64,000 bases of DNA, from positions 74,178 to 138,177 of the forward strand of contig JAJFHA010000011.1 of NCBI GenBank assembly GCA_021775875.1, read 5' to 3'. The position numbers and the translations under genes were made by a program. The stretch comes from Hyphomicrobiales bacterium (GTDB taxonomy: Bacteria > Pseudomonadota > Alphaproteobacteria > Rhizobiales > NORP267). Of the stretch, positions 10,202 to 21,264 are shown one piece after another. How positions within the stretch are numbered: position 1 is the first letter of the stretch; each line of letters opens with the position of its first letter. Below the pieces are notes generated by a model. It was not told the origin of the DNA. It saw only the letters and a list, made by a program, of their open reading frames with translations, and did not search any database.

Positions 10202-11266
10202 ATGTACAGATTTTTTTTGCAATTCGCGGCAATCTTTGTTTTTGCCCTGCTAGTAAACGTGTCGGCCGGTCGGGCTGGACCGTATGAAATATCCGGCATC
10301 GAAGTTGAAGCAACAGCCAGCGATGCCGTCATTGCGAAAGAGGAGGCCATAGCAGATGGCCGGGCTCGCGCCGCACGCCTGATTATGGAGCGGATTACCA
10401 CGTCGCGCGATCATCCATTTTTACCGGAAATTGCGCCTGAAGAACTTGATCTGATGGTCAATGGTTTCGGCATCGACCGGGAACAATCCGGGCCGACATC
10501 CTATTCCGCCACCCTTACATTTCACTTTGTCCCCCAAGCGGTTCATGATGCCTTGTTGCGGGCGAATATTTCCTTTTCTGACCGGGAAGCACCGCCCTCT
10601 CTTCTGATTCCGGTGTTTCAGCGGGGCGAACAATTTTTCCTGTTCACGGACAACCCCCATCTGGAAGCCTGGCGGGCAATCCGCCCGGAAAATCAACTGA
10701 CGCCTTTCATATTGCCGACTGGCGATATTGGCGATATTGAAATTGATCCAAACGCGTTGCTGGCCCGCGATATCGATACAATGAGCGGCCTCAGATTTCG
10801 CTACCGGATCCAGAACATTTTGGTTGCACTCTGTCGGACAGATATTGACGGCACCAGATACGATTGCGAAATCGAGGGCGGTGGCCCGGCAGGCCCCGTG
10901 TCGTTGCGCCAATCCTATTCGGGAGATGATGTACTTGCGGTCCACACAGCAGCAGCGCGGGCGTTCATTACTGATATCGAAAACCAGTGGAAATCCAGTA
11001 ATCTTGTTTTGATGCCGGGCTCACAATTGGGAGAGCCTATTCAGGCTGCAGTTTCTTTTTCAGGTTTGCGTGAATGGCAGGAAATGCGAGCGCGACTGGC
11101 GTCGATTCCGGAAGTCAGCAATGTCGATGTCAAAGCGCTTAACCCGCGTGGCGCTATCCTTCTTCTTCATGTTACAGGTGGAATTGCAGCTCTCGGAAAT
11201 GCCCTGTCACAATATGGCTACGAATTGGCGGACGCTGGCGGCACATGGGTTATCAGACCTTTCTAA
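10202..11266 (+). CDS. Secreted protein, DUF2066-like
   Basis: 354 aa with signal peptide MYRFFLQFAAIFVFALLVNVSAG. Its position divergent from purM and upstream of pgsA matches what I recall for DUF2066 genes in alphaproteobacteria. Not searched. Confidence 0.6.
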   Translation: MYRFFLQFAAIFVFALLVNVSAGRAGPYEISGIEVEATASDAVIAKEEAIADGRARAARLIMERITTSRDHPFLPEIAPEELDLMVNGFGIDREQSGPTSYSATLTFHFVPQAVHDALLRANISFSDREAPPSLLIPVFQRGEQFFLFTDNPHLEAWRAIRPENQLTPFILPTGDIGDIEIDPNALLARDIDTMSGLRFRYRIQNILVALCRTDIDGTRYDCEIEGGGPAGPVSLRQSYSGDDVLAVHTAAARAFITDIENQWKSSNLVLMPGSQLGEPIQAAVSFSGLREWQEMRARLASIPEVSNVDVKALNPRGAILLLHVTGGIAALGNALSQYGYELADAGGTWVIRPF

Positions 11267-11297
11267 CCTGGTTGGTGTAATTTGTTGGGACAAGAAA

Positions 11298-11855
11298 TTG
11301 AACATTCCTAACCTGATAACAATCGGCCGGGTGGTTATTGTGCCCGTAGTGGTCTGGTTGATATTCAACGGAAATTTTCTGGCCGCGTTCTGGTTTTTCC
11401 TCGCTGCCGGGATCAGCGATGGCGTCGATGGTTTCATCGCAAAACAATTTAACCAACAAACCGAACTTGGCGCCTACCTGGATCCATTGGCGGACAAGGC
11501 CCTGTTGGTCAGCATCTATGTAGCGCTTGGCATTAAGGGTGAACTGCCAGTCTGGCTGGTTATTCTGGTGGCAAGCCGGGATATTTTAATTGTTACAGGC
11601 GTTGTGCTGTCCTGGATGATGGATATGGCCGTTACAATGCAGCCGCATATGGTCAGCAAGATCAACACGACAGCGCAGATTATGTTAGCTGCTTTGGTGC
11701 TTGGCGGCCTTGGCTTTGAATTGGAAATACTGGAATTCAGGTATATCGCGGTGGCGAGTGTCGCGGGTTTGACCATTATATCGTTGGGCGTCTATCTCGT
11801 CACCTGGCTGCGACACATGGCCCAATACGAAGATGATGAGGAGACGTCTTCATGA
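11298..11855 (+). CDS. pgsA: CDP-diacylglycerol--glycerol-3-phosphate 3-phosphatidyltransferase
   Basis: CDP-alcohol phosphatidyltransferase motif DGVDGFIAKQFNQQTELGAYLDPLADK. The canonical N-terminus (M)NIPNLITIGR begins at TTG 11298. The listed ORF (11070) and ATG 11214 would overlap the upstream gene, so the start is uncertain. Confidence 0.8.
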   Translation: MNIPNLITIGRVVIVPVVVWLIFNGNFLAAFWFFLAAGISDGVDGFIAKQFNQQTELGAYLDPLADKALLVSIYVALGIKGELPVWLVILVASRDILIVTGVVLSWMMDMAVTMQPHMVSKINTTAQIMLAALVLGGLGFELEILEFRYIAVASVAGLTIISLGVYLVTWLRHMAQYEDDEETSS

Positions 11856-12922
11856 CTATGAACAGGCAAGTGATTTTCTGGGCCGGGTTGTTGCTGGTTC
11901 TGCTCATGTTCCTGTTTACATTCCGGGACGTATTGCTTCCTTTCGTTGCTGGAATGGCGATTGCCTATTTCCTTGATCCGGTCGCCGACTGGTTTGAAGC
12001 TATGGGCCTGAACCGACTCTGGGCGACCCTGGTTATCGTCATGGCCTTCGTAATCCTTTTTGTTGTTTTTATCATCGTTCTGGTGCCAATATTGGTTCAG
12101 CAATTGAGCGGTCTCGCCGCTAATTTGCCGGGTTATATCTCTTCGGTGCAGCAAATGATTGCTGAGCGCGCAGAAGGCTGGGTGTCCGATACATTCGGGT
12201 TTGGATCGGAACAATTTTCCGGCGCGGTTCAAAATCTGGTGCAAAAAGCCACCGAATGGCTCACGGGCCTGGCGTCTTCGCTCTGGTCAGGCGGCGTTGC
12301 ACTGGCCAGCTTCCTTGCTCTATTTGTTGTTACCCCGGTTGTTGCTTTTTATATGCTCTACGATTGGGACCGGATGGTTGCGAAGGTCGATAGCTGGTTG
12401 CCGCGTGATCACGTAAAAACCGTGCGGTTGCTCGCGTCCGAAATGGATACCGCGATTGCGGGGTTTGTTCGGGGGCAGGGCACTGTATGCCTCATATTGG
12501 GCGGTTTTTACGCAATTGGGCTCACAATTGTAGGATTGAATTTCGGCCTGCTCATTGGCTTGGTTGCTGGTCTAATCAGTTTCATCCCTTATGTGGGAAG
12601 TACGCTTGGTCTGGTTGTGGCCGGCATCGTTGCGGTGGTCCAATTCTGGCCGGAGTGGGGGGCAATCGGAGCAGTGCTTGGAATTTTCATCGTCGGCCAG
12701 ATTATCGAAGGAAATTTCCTGTCCCCTAAACTTGTCGGCGACAGCGTCGGCCTGCACCCGGTCTGGTTGATGTTCGCGCTATTTGCTTTTGCCTATCTGT
12801 TTGGATTTGTCGGCATGTTGCTGGCGGTGCCGCTGGCGGCAGCCATTGGTGTTTTGGCGCGCTTTAGCATTGCTCAATATATGGCAAGTGACATCTATTC
12901 AGGTGGTCAAAATGGCGACTAG
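11852..12922 (+). CDS. AI-2E family transporter (PerM/YhhT-like)
   Basis: 356-aa multi-pass membrane protein with the characteristic IPYVGSTLG region. ATGA overlap with pgsA. Confidence 0.8.
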   Translation: MTMNRQVIFWAGLLLVLLMFLFTFRDVLLPFVAGMAIAYFLDPVADWFEAMGLNRLWATLVIVMAFVILFVVFIIVLVPILVQQLSGLAANLPGYISSVQQMIAERAEGWVSDTFGFGSEQFSGAVQNLVQKATEWLTGLASSLWSGGVALASFLALFVVTPVVAFYMLYDWDRMVAKVDSWLPRDHVKTVRLLASEMDTAIAGFVRGQGTVCLILGGFYAIGLTIVGLNFGLLIGLVAGLISFIPYVGSTLGLVVAGIVAVVQFWPEWGAIGAVLGIFIVGQIIEGNFLSPKLVGDSVGLHPVWLMFALFAFAYLFGFVGMLLAVPLAAAIGVLARFSIAQYMASDIYSGGQNGD

Positions 12923-13613
12923 CAGTCACAAAGGGACCGCGCCGCGCCAATTGAAAATCCCGCTCGAACATGCCGCGTCTTGTGAGCGTGAAGATTTCCT
13001 GATTTCCACCACCAACACCGACGCGGTCGCGATGGTGGACACCTGGCCCGATTGGGCGAGCAATTGCCTTGTTCTGGTCGGCCCGCAAGGTGTTGGTAAA
13101 AGCCATCTGGCGGGCGCATGGGTGCGCGAAACGGGCGGCGTTATTATTTCTGCTGACACGCTTCGCGAAGCGCATGTGCCTGAAATCGCTGCCCACAAAA
13201 CGGTTCTTCTTGAGAATGCTGACAGAGGATTAAAAAGCGAAACGGCCCTGTTTCATCTGATCAACCTTGTTCGTGAGCAGAAGAACGCCATATTATTGAC
13301 AGGGCGGACATTGCCGGTGACGTGGAAAATAACGCTTCCCGATCTGAGTTCCAGATTGCGTGCCATGCCCGTTGAGGAAATTGGCGAACCTGATGAAGCC
13401 TTGTTCAAAGCGGTTCTGGCGAAGCTTTTTGCTGACCGCCAACTCAAGGTGAATGGGGCGGTGATAGATTATATTGTCCTGCGGATGCCGCGGTCGATGC
13501 AGGCGGCAATCAGGCTCGTGTCGGAGCTGGATGATACGGCACTTGCGAGCGGACGCGCCATAACAAAGGATATAGCTCGGCAATGTCTGGAGACAGCGGA
13601 ACAGCCTGAGTAA
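12912..13613 (+). CDS. hdaA: DnaA-related regulatory inactivator HdaA
   Basis: 233 aa from ATG 12912. P-loop GPQGVGKSHL and a DnaA domain III-like body. The start overlaps the AI-2E stop by 11 bp. Confidence 0.8.
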   Translation: MATSSHKGTAPRQLKIPLEHAASCEREDFLISTTNTDAVAMVDTWPDWASNCLVLVGPQGVGKSHLAGAWVRETGGVIISADTLREAHVPEIAAHKTVLLENADRGLKSETALFHLINLVREQKNAILLTGRTLPVTWKITLPDLSSRLRAMPVEEIGEPDEALFKAVLAKLFADRQLKVNGAVIDYIVLRMPRSMQAAIRLVSELDDTALASGRAITKDIARQCLETAEQPE

Positions 13614-13725
13614 CCTTGTTATTGAAATGACACAAAGTATGGGCAGTTTTGGGCTACAATATTGATGCAGATTCTGAGTTGAGGCACGTAGCCCGATATG
13701 AATCGCTGAGAGGCCAAATAAAACG

Positions 13726-15987
13726 ATGGCAAATTCCGGAAATGCAAAGAGAAAATCTGGCTCTGAAAGCCTGGAAAGTACCGTGTCCCCACTGGAACGG
13801 TCTGATGCTTCAACGCCTGAAATCCAGGAAGTCATATCTGAATTTTTGCCGGAATCATTTGGCCCTGAACGGTTTATAAACCGCGAAGTTTCCTGGCTGG
13901 AATTCAATCACCGGGTGTTGGAAGAATCTGAAAATCTAAACCATCCTATTCTTGAACGTTTGAGATTTCTGTCGATCTCCGGCACAAATCTGGATGAATT
14001 TTATATGGTCCGGGTCGCAGGTTTGCGCGGCATGATCCGCGCTGACGTGGAAACAATAAGCCAGGACGGATTGAACCCGACAGGCCAATTGAAAAAAGTG
14101 CTTGAGGTTGCCGGGCGCCTGACCGAAGAGCAGCAGGCGTCATGGCGCATTCTGCGCGGCGAACTGGCGAATTCGGGTGTTGTTATCATTGGCGCTGATG
14201 AAGTTGCGGAGCCAGAGAAGAAATGGCTGGAAGCACATTTTCTCGAACATATTTTCCCGGTCCTGACACCGTTAGCTCTTGATCCTGCGCACCCGTTTCC
14301 GTTTATCCCCAATTTGGGGTTTACCATCGCCTTCCAGCTTTCCCGTATTGATGATGGCCGTAACATGACGGCCCTGCTGCGCGTGCCGTTATCCATGGAG
14401 AGGTTTCTCAAGATTGAGACACCTGGTGGGAACAGCAAAGAACCAGACAGGTTCATCAGTCTTGAAGACATGGTCGGATTGTTTATCGAACAATTGTTCC
14501 CGGGCTATAGCATCCAGGGAAAAGGTGCTTTCCGGCTCATCCGCGACAGCGATATTGAAGTCGAAGAAGAAGCGGAAGATTTGGTACGGGTCTTTGAAAC
14601 CGCGCTCAAGCGCAGGCGGCGCGGGTTGGTAATCCGCCTCGAAATCGAGAAGAGTATGCCGGAAAAATTGCGTAATCTGGTGGTGTCATCGCTCGATTTT
14701 GCAAGCGGTGATATCGCGCTGATCGACAATATGGTTGGCATCGGCGATTTGTCTCAATTAGTCGGCGTGGATCGCCCTAAGCTAAAATTCGCCCGCTACA
14801 ATGCCCGTTTCCCGGAGCGGATCAGGGAGCATGGCGGTGATTGCTTTTCTGCAATCCGTGAAAAAGACCTGGTGGTCCATCACCCATACGAATCTTTCGA
14901 CGTGGTGCTCCAATATCTGCGCCAGGCTGCCCGCGATCCGGACGTGGTTGCAATCAAGCAGACTTTGTACCGGACCTCAAATAATTCTCCGATTGTAGCA
15001 GCGCTCGTAGAAGCAGCTGAAGCCGGAAAATCAGTTACCGCTGTCGTTGAGCTCAAAGCCAGGTTTGATGAAGCCGCCAATATCAAATGGGCACGGGATC
15101 TGGAACGTGCCGGGGTTCAGGTTGTCTACGGCTTTATAGAATTAAAGACCCACGCAAAATTATCGCAAATCGTGCGCCGCGAAGACGGCAAGCTCGTCAC
15201 CTATGCCCATATCGGCACTGGTAATTATCACCCCGTTACGGCGCGGGTATATGCGGACCTGTCATACTTTACCGCGAACCCGATGGTCGGACGCGATATC
15301 GCCCGGATATTCAATTTGGTCACGGGATATGCGGAACCTCCTGAGCTGGAAGCGCTGGCAATTTCCCCGGTTACATTGCGGGCAAGAATTGAGAACCATA
15401 TTCGCAATGAGATTGCCCACGCGAAGGCCGGAAAACCAGCGCGCATTTGGGCGAAAATGAACTCTCTGGTCGATCCCCATATCATCGACTTGCTCTATTG
15501 CGCGAGCGCGGCGGGTGTCGAAATTGATCTGGTGGTGCGCGGAATTTGTTGCTTGCGTCCGGGCGTGCCTAGGCTATCAGAAAATATCTACGTAAAAAGC
15601 ATTGTCGGACGGTTTCTTGAACATTCCCGCATCTATTGCTTTGGCAACGGCCACGATTTGCCATCCCGCGAGGCACTTGTCTATATTGGATCGGCGGACT
15701 GGATGCCGCGCAACCTCGACAGGCGCGTGGAAGTTATGATGCCGATCCTCAACCCGACTGTGCATGAGCAGATTCTGGACCAGATCATGGTGGCAAATCT
15801 CAAGGACAACCAGCAGAGCTGGCGGGTTCTTGGCGACGGAAGCTCCGAGCGGCTCGCGCCGGGTAAGGGCGAAGAAGTATTTAATGCCCATCATTATTTC
15901 ATGAATAATCCAAGCCTTTCGGGGCGAGGCAAATCATTGGCTGAGCATTTCCCGCCATCCTTTACCGCCAGATTCTCCGGAACCTGA
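13726..15987 (+). CDS. ppk: Polyphosphate kinase 1
   Basis: 753 aa with [20 protein letters not shown] and [35 protein letters not shown] (autophosphorylated His region). Two PLD-like C-domains. Confidence 0.95.
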   Translation: MANSGNAKRKSGSESLESTVSPLERSDASTPEIQEVISEFLPESFGPERFINREVSWLEFNHRVLEESENLNHPILERLRFLSISGTNLDEFYMVRVAGLRGMIRADVETISQDGLNPTGQLKKVLEVAGRLTEEQQASWRILRGELANSGVVIIGADEVAEPEKKWLEAHFLEHIFPVLTPLALDPAHPFPFIPNLGFTIAFQLSRIDDGRNMTALLRVPLSMERFLKIETPGGNSKEPDRFISLEDMVGLFIEQLFPGYSIQGKGAFRLIRDSDIEVEEEAEDLVRVFETALKRRRRGLVIRLEIEKSMPEKLRNLVVSSLDFASGDIALIDNMVGIGDLSQLVGVDRPKLKFARYNARFPERIREHGGDCFSAIREKDLVVHHPYESFDVVLQYLRQAARDPDVVAIKQTLYRTSNNSPIVAALVEAAEAGKSVTAVVELKARFDEAANIKWARDLERAGVQVVYGFIELKTHAKLSQIVRREDGKLVTYAHIGTGNYHPVTARVYADLSYFTANPMVGRDIARIFNLVTGYAEPPELEALAISPVTLRARIENHIRNEIAHAKAGKPARIWAKMNSLVDPHIIDLLYCASAAGVEIDLVVRGICCLRPGVPRLSENIYVKSIVGRFLEHSRIYCFGNGHDLPSREALVYIGSADWMPRNLDRRVEVMMPILNPTVHEQILDQIMVANLKDNQQSWRVLGDGSSERLAPGKGEEVFNAHHYFMNNPSLSGRGKSLAEHFPPSFTARFSGT

Positions 15988-16009
15988 TTGAAGCCAAGTC
16001 GGGGGCGAT

Positions 16010-17518
16010 GTGCCAAAAATTCAACCTCAGGGCCGGATTAACAAACTGAAACCGGTGTCTATTATAGATATCGGCTCAAACTCGGTGCGCCTTCTGGTCT
16101 ATGAAGGTTTGCGCCGTAGCCCGACACCCTTGTTCAACGAAAAAATACTCGCCGGGCTTGGCCGCGCTGTTGCTTCGACCGGCCGCCTTGACGAAAATTC
16201 TGTCAAGCGGGCGCTGCGTGCACTAACAAGGTTCCGCGCGATATCTGATCAACTTGAGGCCAGCTCGCTCCATGTGTTGGCAACGGCTGCCGTGCGCGAA
16301 GCAAAAAACGGTAAGGAATTTGTTGCCAGGGCAGAGGCCATTCTCGGCGTTCCGGTTCAGGTGCTCAACGGGCGCAAGGAAGCCAAACTGACCGCGCTTG
16401 GCATTGTATCGGGGTTTGAAAAACCGGATGGTATTGCGGGCGACCTTGGCGGTGGCAGCCTTGAATTGGTACGTGTGTGTGGCCGCAAGGTCGACCGGGC
16501 AGAAAGTTTCCCACTAGGTGTTTTGCGGCTTGCTGATAGCACCTCTTCAGTCGCGGCGGCGGGGAAATCCGTGCGGGCTACAATTCGTCAAAGTCTCTGC
16601 ATCGAAGAAATGCGCGGTCAGCCTTTCTACGCCATTGGCGGTACGTTCCGGGCGCTTGCGGCGGTGCATATGGCGCAAAAGGGTTACCCGCTTCATGTCA
16701 TGCATAATTATCGCATCAAGGCGCGTGAAGCCCTGGAATTTGCCAGGCTGGTGCGAAAGTCTGACCCGGCAACTTTGCCGGGAATTGATTGGGTCTCCAA
16801 TGCCCGTCGTCCGCTTTTGGGTTACGGGGCATTGGTGCTGGAGCAAATCATCAGGGCAGGGCGCCCACGCGAAATTATCCTCTCGGCCCTCGGCATTCGA
16901 GAAGGGTTGCTCTACGACCTGCTCGACAAAAAAGATCAAAGGCGCGACCCACTGCTTGAAGCGTGTGAGGAACTGGCCATATTACGGTCACGGAACCCGG
17001 TCCATGCCGCCGAGCTATGTGTCTGGACAGACAGACTATTTGGCTCCCGATTGTTTGAAGAAAGCACGGAAGAGCGCCGCCTCCGCCACGCCGCCTGTTA
17101 TCTGGCTGATATTGGCTGGCGAGCGCATCCGGATTATCGGGGCGAGCAGAGCCTGAGCATTATAGCAAATGCGGCTTTTGTCGGTCTTGATCATCCGGGT
17201 CGGGCTTTCTTGTCGCTGGCTGTATTTTACCGCCATGTGGGACTGATCGACGAGAATTTAAGCCCACGCATTCGCGAACTGGCAAGTGTGCGCCAACTCC
17301 AACAGGCCCGATTTGTCGGGGCTGCACTGCGGGTGGCTTATATGATTTCAGCATCCGCCCCGGGGATAATCAGCAAGACGCCAATTTATGCACAGCGTAA
17401 CAATATCATCCTGGAATTGCCGGAAAATTATGGTGCGCTGGTCGGGGAGCGGCTTCAAAATCGCCTCAATACTTTGGCCCGATTACTCGGCAAGGGTGCG
17501 GAAATCAAGCTCGTGTAA
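16010..17518 (+). CDS. ppx: Exopolyphosphatase (Ppx/GppA family)
   Basis: 502 aa with a GTG start. ASKHA-fold motifs IDIGSNSVRLLVYE and GDLGGGSLE. Directly follows ppk. Confidence 0.9.
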   Translation: MPKIQPQGRINKLKPVSIIDIGSNSVRLLVYEGLRRSPTPLFNEKILAGLGRAVASTGRLDENSVKRALRALTRFRAISDQLEASSLHVLATAAVREAKNGKEFVARAEAILGVPVQVLNGRKEAKLTALGIVSGFEKPDGIAGDLGGGSLELVRVCGRKVDRAESFPLGVLRLADSTSSVAAAGKSVRATIRQSLCIEEMRGQPFYAIGGTFRALAAVHMAQKGYPLHVMHNYRIKAREALEFARLVRKSDPATLPGIDWVSNARRPLLGYGALVLEQIIRAGRPREIILSALGIREGLLYDLLDKKDQRRDPLLEACEELAILRSRNPVHAAELCVWTDRLFGSRLFEESTEERRLRHAACYLADIGWRAHPDYRGEQSLSIIANAAFVGLDHPGRAFLSLAVFYRHVGLIDENLSPRIRELASVRQLQQARFVGAALRVAYMISASAPGIISKTPIYAQRNNIILELPENYGALVGERLQNRLNTLARLLGKGAEIKLV

Positions 17519-17531
17519 CCGGCAGTGTCGA

Positions 17532-18695
17532 CTAATCGGCATTGTCGGCGGCATCTACAACAATCACCCTGCCTTTTTTGACAGCAAGTCCCACTTCGCC
17601 GCGTTTCAAGGCAAGAGCCACTTTGCCAAATAATTCTCGCCGCCATCCAAGAAGTGCCGGCACATCTGCATCATCATCAAACGCGATTTTTTCAAGATCA
17701 TCCACATTGGCGATCACCCGTTGAGCGACGCTATTGTCTTCGGCAATTTTTTTGCAAAGCACCTTCAAAAGATCAGTTGTCGCGGATACGCCTTCGACAG
17801 GGCGTGGCGGACGAGGCGGACGGGCAACGGTATTCGGGTCGCGCTCTTTGCCTTTCGCAACAGCTTTCAGCAGCGAGCGGCCCTGATCAGAGCGGGCCAG
17901 GCCGCGACTAACCGAGCGGAGTTTCTCCAGGTCGTCGGGACTTTTTGGCATTTGGGCCGCGAGTTCATAAATTGCTTCGTCTTTCAAAACCCGGCGGCGG
18001 GGCATATCGCGGCGCTGTGCTTCGGTTTCTCGCCATGCCGCGACTTCCATCATTACAGCGATTTGCATGGACTTTTTTACACGAAACTTTAGTCGTTTCC
18101 AGGCATCTTCCGGATGCGCTTCGTAGGTTGCCGGGTTGATCAGGATGGCCATTTCTTCCGTTACCCATTCGGCGCGACCTGCGGTTTCCATCTCACCGGA
18201 AAGTTTTTCGTAAACCCCGCGCAAATGTGTGACGTCACCAATTGCATATTCCAGTTGTGCGTCGGTGAGCGGACGCCGGGTCCAGTCGGTGAACCGGTGG
18301 GCCTTGTCGATTTCCACACCAATGGTTTTACGGACCAGTGCGTCGTAACTGACAGAATCTCCGTATCCCAGAACCATCGCCGCAACTTGAGAATCGAATA
18401 ACGGCGTTGGGATAATCCCTGCCTGGTGGTGGATGATTTCCACATCCTGACGGGCAGCGTGAAACACTTTTACAATGCTCTCATTGGCCATGAGGTCATA
18501 AAACGGGCGCAGGTCCAGGTCTTTGGCGAGTGCATCCACCAGAAAATAGCCGTCGGTCGAAGCCATCTGGATCAAACAGAGCTTTGACCAGAAGGTGGAT
18601 TCCCGCTGAAACTCGGTATCGACGGTGACATAAGCGGCGTTCGCAAATGAATCGACCGCAGCCTGGAGTGATTCTGTATCTGTAATTGGTTCCAT
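17532..18695 (-). CDS. rnd: Ribonuclease D
   Basis: 387 aa with a DEDD exonuclease (VTVDTEF...) followed by an HRDC-like region. Confidence 0.9.
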   Translation of the reverse strand: MEPITDTESLQAAVDSFANAAYVTVDTEFQRESTFWSKLCLIQMASTDGYFLVDALAKDLDLRPFYDLMANESIVKVFHAARQDVEIIHHQAGIIPTPLFDSQVAAMVLGYGDSVSYDALVRKTIGVEIDKAHRFTDWTRRPLTDAQLEYAIGDVTHLRGVYEKLSGEMETAGRAEWVTEEMAILINPATYEAHPEDAWKRLKFRVKKSMQIAVMMEVAAWRETEAQRRDMPRRRVLKDEAIYELAAQMPKSPDDLEKLRSVSRGLARSDQGRSLLKAVAKGKERDPNTVARPPRPPRPVEGVSATTDLLKVLCKKIAEDNSVAQRVIANVDDLEKIAFDDDADVPALLGWRRELFGKVALALKRGEVGLAVKKGRVIVVDAADNAD

Positions 18696-18929
18696 GGCGT
18701 TGCTATAGCGGACAAAATTCTGTTTGTCGCGATTTGCTATTCATTTCCCGACCTTAACATTCGCAACATAGGCGACGCTGTGAATGAGTGTTTTTTTCAA
18801 CATTCGTTTGCAGCAACCTATCTCGCTGGCGCAAATTTCCTCAATCACAAACCCGCCAGCGTATGGTAGTCTTGAATTTGTGAGAAGCGTTCCGAGTTCA
18901 ATGTCTGGAAGGCAATCGAGGAATTGATC

Positions 18930-19322
18930 ATGTCGAATTCAATTTTCATCGCAAAACTCATGGGCCCGATCATGTTGGTCGCCGGGTTTGCATATTTGTT
19001 GAACATTGATCGTCTCAAAGCGATGGGTCGGGAAATTATGGAAAGCCCGGCGCTACTGCTCGTGGTTGGCTTTATGACGCTCCTGCTCGGATTGGTGCTC
19101 GTCAATACCCACAATATCTGGGTCGCGGACTGGCCGGTCATCATCACAGTATTTGGCTGGTTGTCGCTGATTTCCGGGATTATGAGAACCACGTTCCCGG
19201 CCCAAGTGGTCTCCATCGGAAACACAATGATCAACAATAACCTGTTGCTCAGGAGCGTGAGTGTTATCCAGATTGCCCTTGGTGCGTATCTCTGTTGGGA
19301 GGGTTATGGCCTATCGATCTAG
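18930..19322 (+). CDS. Small integral membrane protein, unknown function
   Basis: About 130 aa with four predicted hydrophobic helices. ATG 18930 is preferred over TTG 18924. The antisense ORF 18845..19237 looks non-coding. Confidence 0.55.
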   Translation: MSNSIFIAKLMGPIMLVAGFAYLLNIDRLKAMGREIMESPALLLVVGFMTLLLGLVLVNTHNIWVADWPVIITVFGWLSLISGIMRTTFPAQVVSIGNTMINNNLLLRSVSVIQIALGAYLCWEGYGLSI

Positions 19323-19476
19323 GCGGTCAGGAAAGCAGTCTGCCGAAAATTCCCGATCTGCCTTGACAAACCGGGGCCTGCATGCGCTTTTCCGCCGCAA
19401 AGAATGTGCTGCCTGATCCTCATTGAATCGGGTAACACACAAACGACAACAACGAATTTCCCGAGGTAATTAGGCG

Positions 19477-21258
19477 ATGCATCGCTACCGAAGCCATAAT
19501 TGCGGCGCGCTCCGCAAATCCGATGTCGGCAATGAAACCAGGCTCTCAGGCTGGGTCCACAGGGTCCGCGACCATGGCGGGCTTTTATTCATCGATCTGC
19601 GCGACCATTACGGCATTACCCAGTGCGTGATTGACCCGGATTCTCCCGTCTTCAATCTGGCGGAAACCGTCCGGTCGGAATGGGTGCTGTGTATCGAAGG
19701 CGCGGTCAGGGAACGGGCTGATGATGCGGTCAACAAAAACCTGCCAACCGGCGAGATTGAGATTTTTCTGGAAAAGCTCGAAGTGCTTGCTGAATGTCCT
19801 GAATTGCCGCTGCCGGTATTTGGCGAGCAGGATTACCCTGAAGATATCCGCCTCAAATACAGGTTCTTGGATTTGCGCCGCGAGCGCATCCACAACAATA
19901 TTCTCAAGCGTGGACGGATCATGTCATCCATTCGCCAGCGCATGGTTGAAGAAGGTTTCTTTGAATTCCAGACCCCGATCCTGACAGCATCAAGCCCGGA
20001 AGGCGCGCGCGATTTTCTGGTCCCAAGCCGGATGCATCCGGGCAAATTTTACGCCCTGCCGCAAGCGCCGCAGCAATTCAAGCAATTGACCATGATTGCG
20101 GGTTTTGATCGCTATTTCCAGATCGCACCGTGTTTCCGCGATGAAGATGCACGCGCAGACCGCTCACCCGGAGAATTCTACCAACTCGATATCGAAATGA
20201 GTTTCGTCGAGCAGGAAGACGTGTTCCAGGCGGTCGAGCCGGTACTACGCGGCCTGTTTGAAGAATTCGGAGACGGCCAGCCCGTCACTCAGAAATTCCC
20301 GCGTATTCCATACGCCGAGGCCATTCAGAAATACGGCAACGACAAACCGGACCTGCGCAACCCGATCATCATGGAAGATGCGACCGATCATTTCCGTGGA
20401 TCGGGCTTCAAGATTTTCGCGGGCCAGATTGAAAATGACGACAAGGTTCGCGTCTGGGCAATTCCCGCCAAGACCGGTGGGTCACGCGCATTTTGCGACC
20501 GGATGAATTCATGGGCCCAGGGCGAAGGCCAGCCCGGCCTCGGCTATATCTTTTTCCGCGACGGCGAAGGGGCCGGGCCGATTGCCAAGAATATCGGTGA
20601 AGAGCGTACCAGCGCCATCCGCAGCCAGCTTGGTCTGGAGGATGGCGACGCGGTTTTCTTCGTTTGTGGCGACCCGAAAAAATTCGCGTCCTTTGCAGGT
20701 GATGCTCGCACAAGGGCTGGTGAAACACTGGACCTTGTTGCCAAAGACCGATTCGACTTTTGCTGGATTGTTGATTTCCCGATGTTTGAATGGGACGAAC
20801 AGGAAGAGAAAGTTGATTTCTCACATAACCCGTTCTCCATGCCTCAGGGCGGGCTTGACGCTCTGGAAAATCAGGACCCGCTCACCATCAATGCCTGGCA
20901 ATATGACATTGTCTGTAACGGCATAGAATTGTCCTCTGGCGCCATTCGGAACCATCGTCCCGAAATCATGAAGAAGGCATTCGAGATTGCCGGTTACGAA
21001 GAGAGCGTACTGGAAGAAAAATTCGGTGGTATGCTGCGGGCATTGACCTACGGCGCACCGCCCCATGGTGGTATCGCCCCTGGTATCGACCGGATCGTGA
21101 TGTTGCTGTGCGGCGAAGAAAATCTGCGCGAAGTGGTCATGTTCCCCATGAACCAGCAGGCCGAAGATTCGCTGATGGGTGCCCCGTCAGAGGTTTCCGC
21201 CCGTCAACTGCGCGATCTGCATATCCGGCTGAATTTGCCAAAGACACCAGCTAGCTGA
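19477..21258 (+). CDS. aspS: Aspartate--tRNA ligase
   Basis: 593 aa with an OB-fold N-terminus, class II motif 2 [20 protein letters not shown], and motif 3 GGIAPGIDR. Confidence 0.97.
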   Translation: MHRYRSHNCGALRKSDVGNETRLSGWVHRVRDHGGLLFIDLRDHYGITQCVIDPDSPVFNLAETVRSEWVLCIEGAVRERADDAVNKNLPTGEIEIFLEKLEVLAECPELPLPVFGEQDYPEDIRLKYRFLDLRRERIHNNILKRGRIMSSIRQRMVEEGFFEFQTPILTASSPEGARDFLVPSRMHPGKFYALPQAPQQFKQLTMIAGFDRYFQIAPCFRDEDARADRSPGEFYQLDIEMSFVEQEDVFQAVEPVLRGLFEEFGDGQPVTQKFPRIPYAEAIQKYGNDKPDLRNPIIMEDATDHFRGSGFKIFAGQIENDDKVRVWAIPAKTGGSRAFCDRMNSWAQGEGQPGLGYIFFRDGEGAGPIAKNIGEERTSAIRSQLGLEDGDAVFFVCGDPKKFASFAGDARTRAGETLDLVAKDRFDFCWIVDFPMFEWDEQEEKVDFSHNPFSMPQGGLDALENQDPLTINAWQYDIVCNGIELSSGAIRNHRPEIMKKAFEIAGYEESVLEEKFGGMLRALTYGAPPHGGIAPGIDRIVMLLCGEENLREVVMFPMNQQAEDSLMGAPSEVSARQLRDLHIRLNLPKTPAS

Positions 21259-21264
21259 GCCTGT

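Noticed and set aside
19436-19476. AAC GAC AAC AAC GAA TTT upstream of aspS resembles the start of an alphaproteobacterial tmRNA tag (ANDN...).
   Set aside because: The frame does not terminate after a tag-length peptide. No tRNA-like acceptor or T-arm is nearby. I treat it as a coincidence within the aspS leader.
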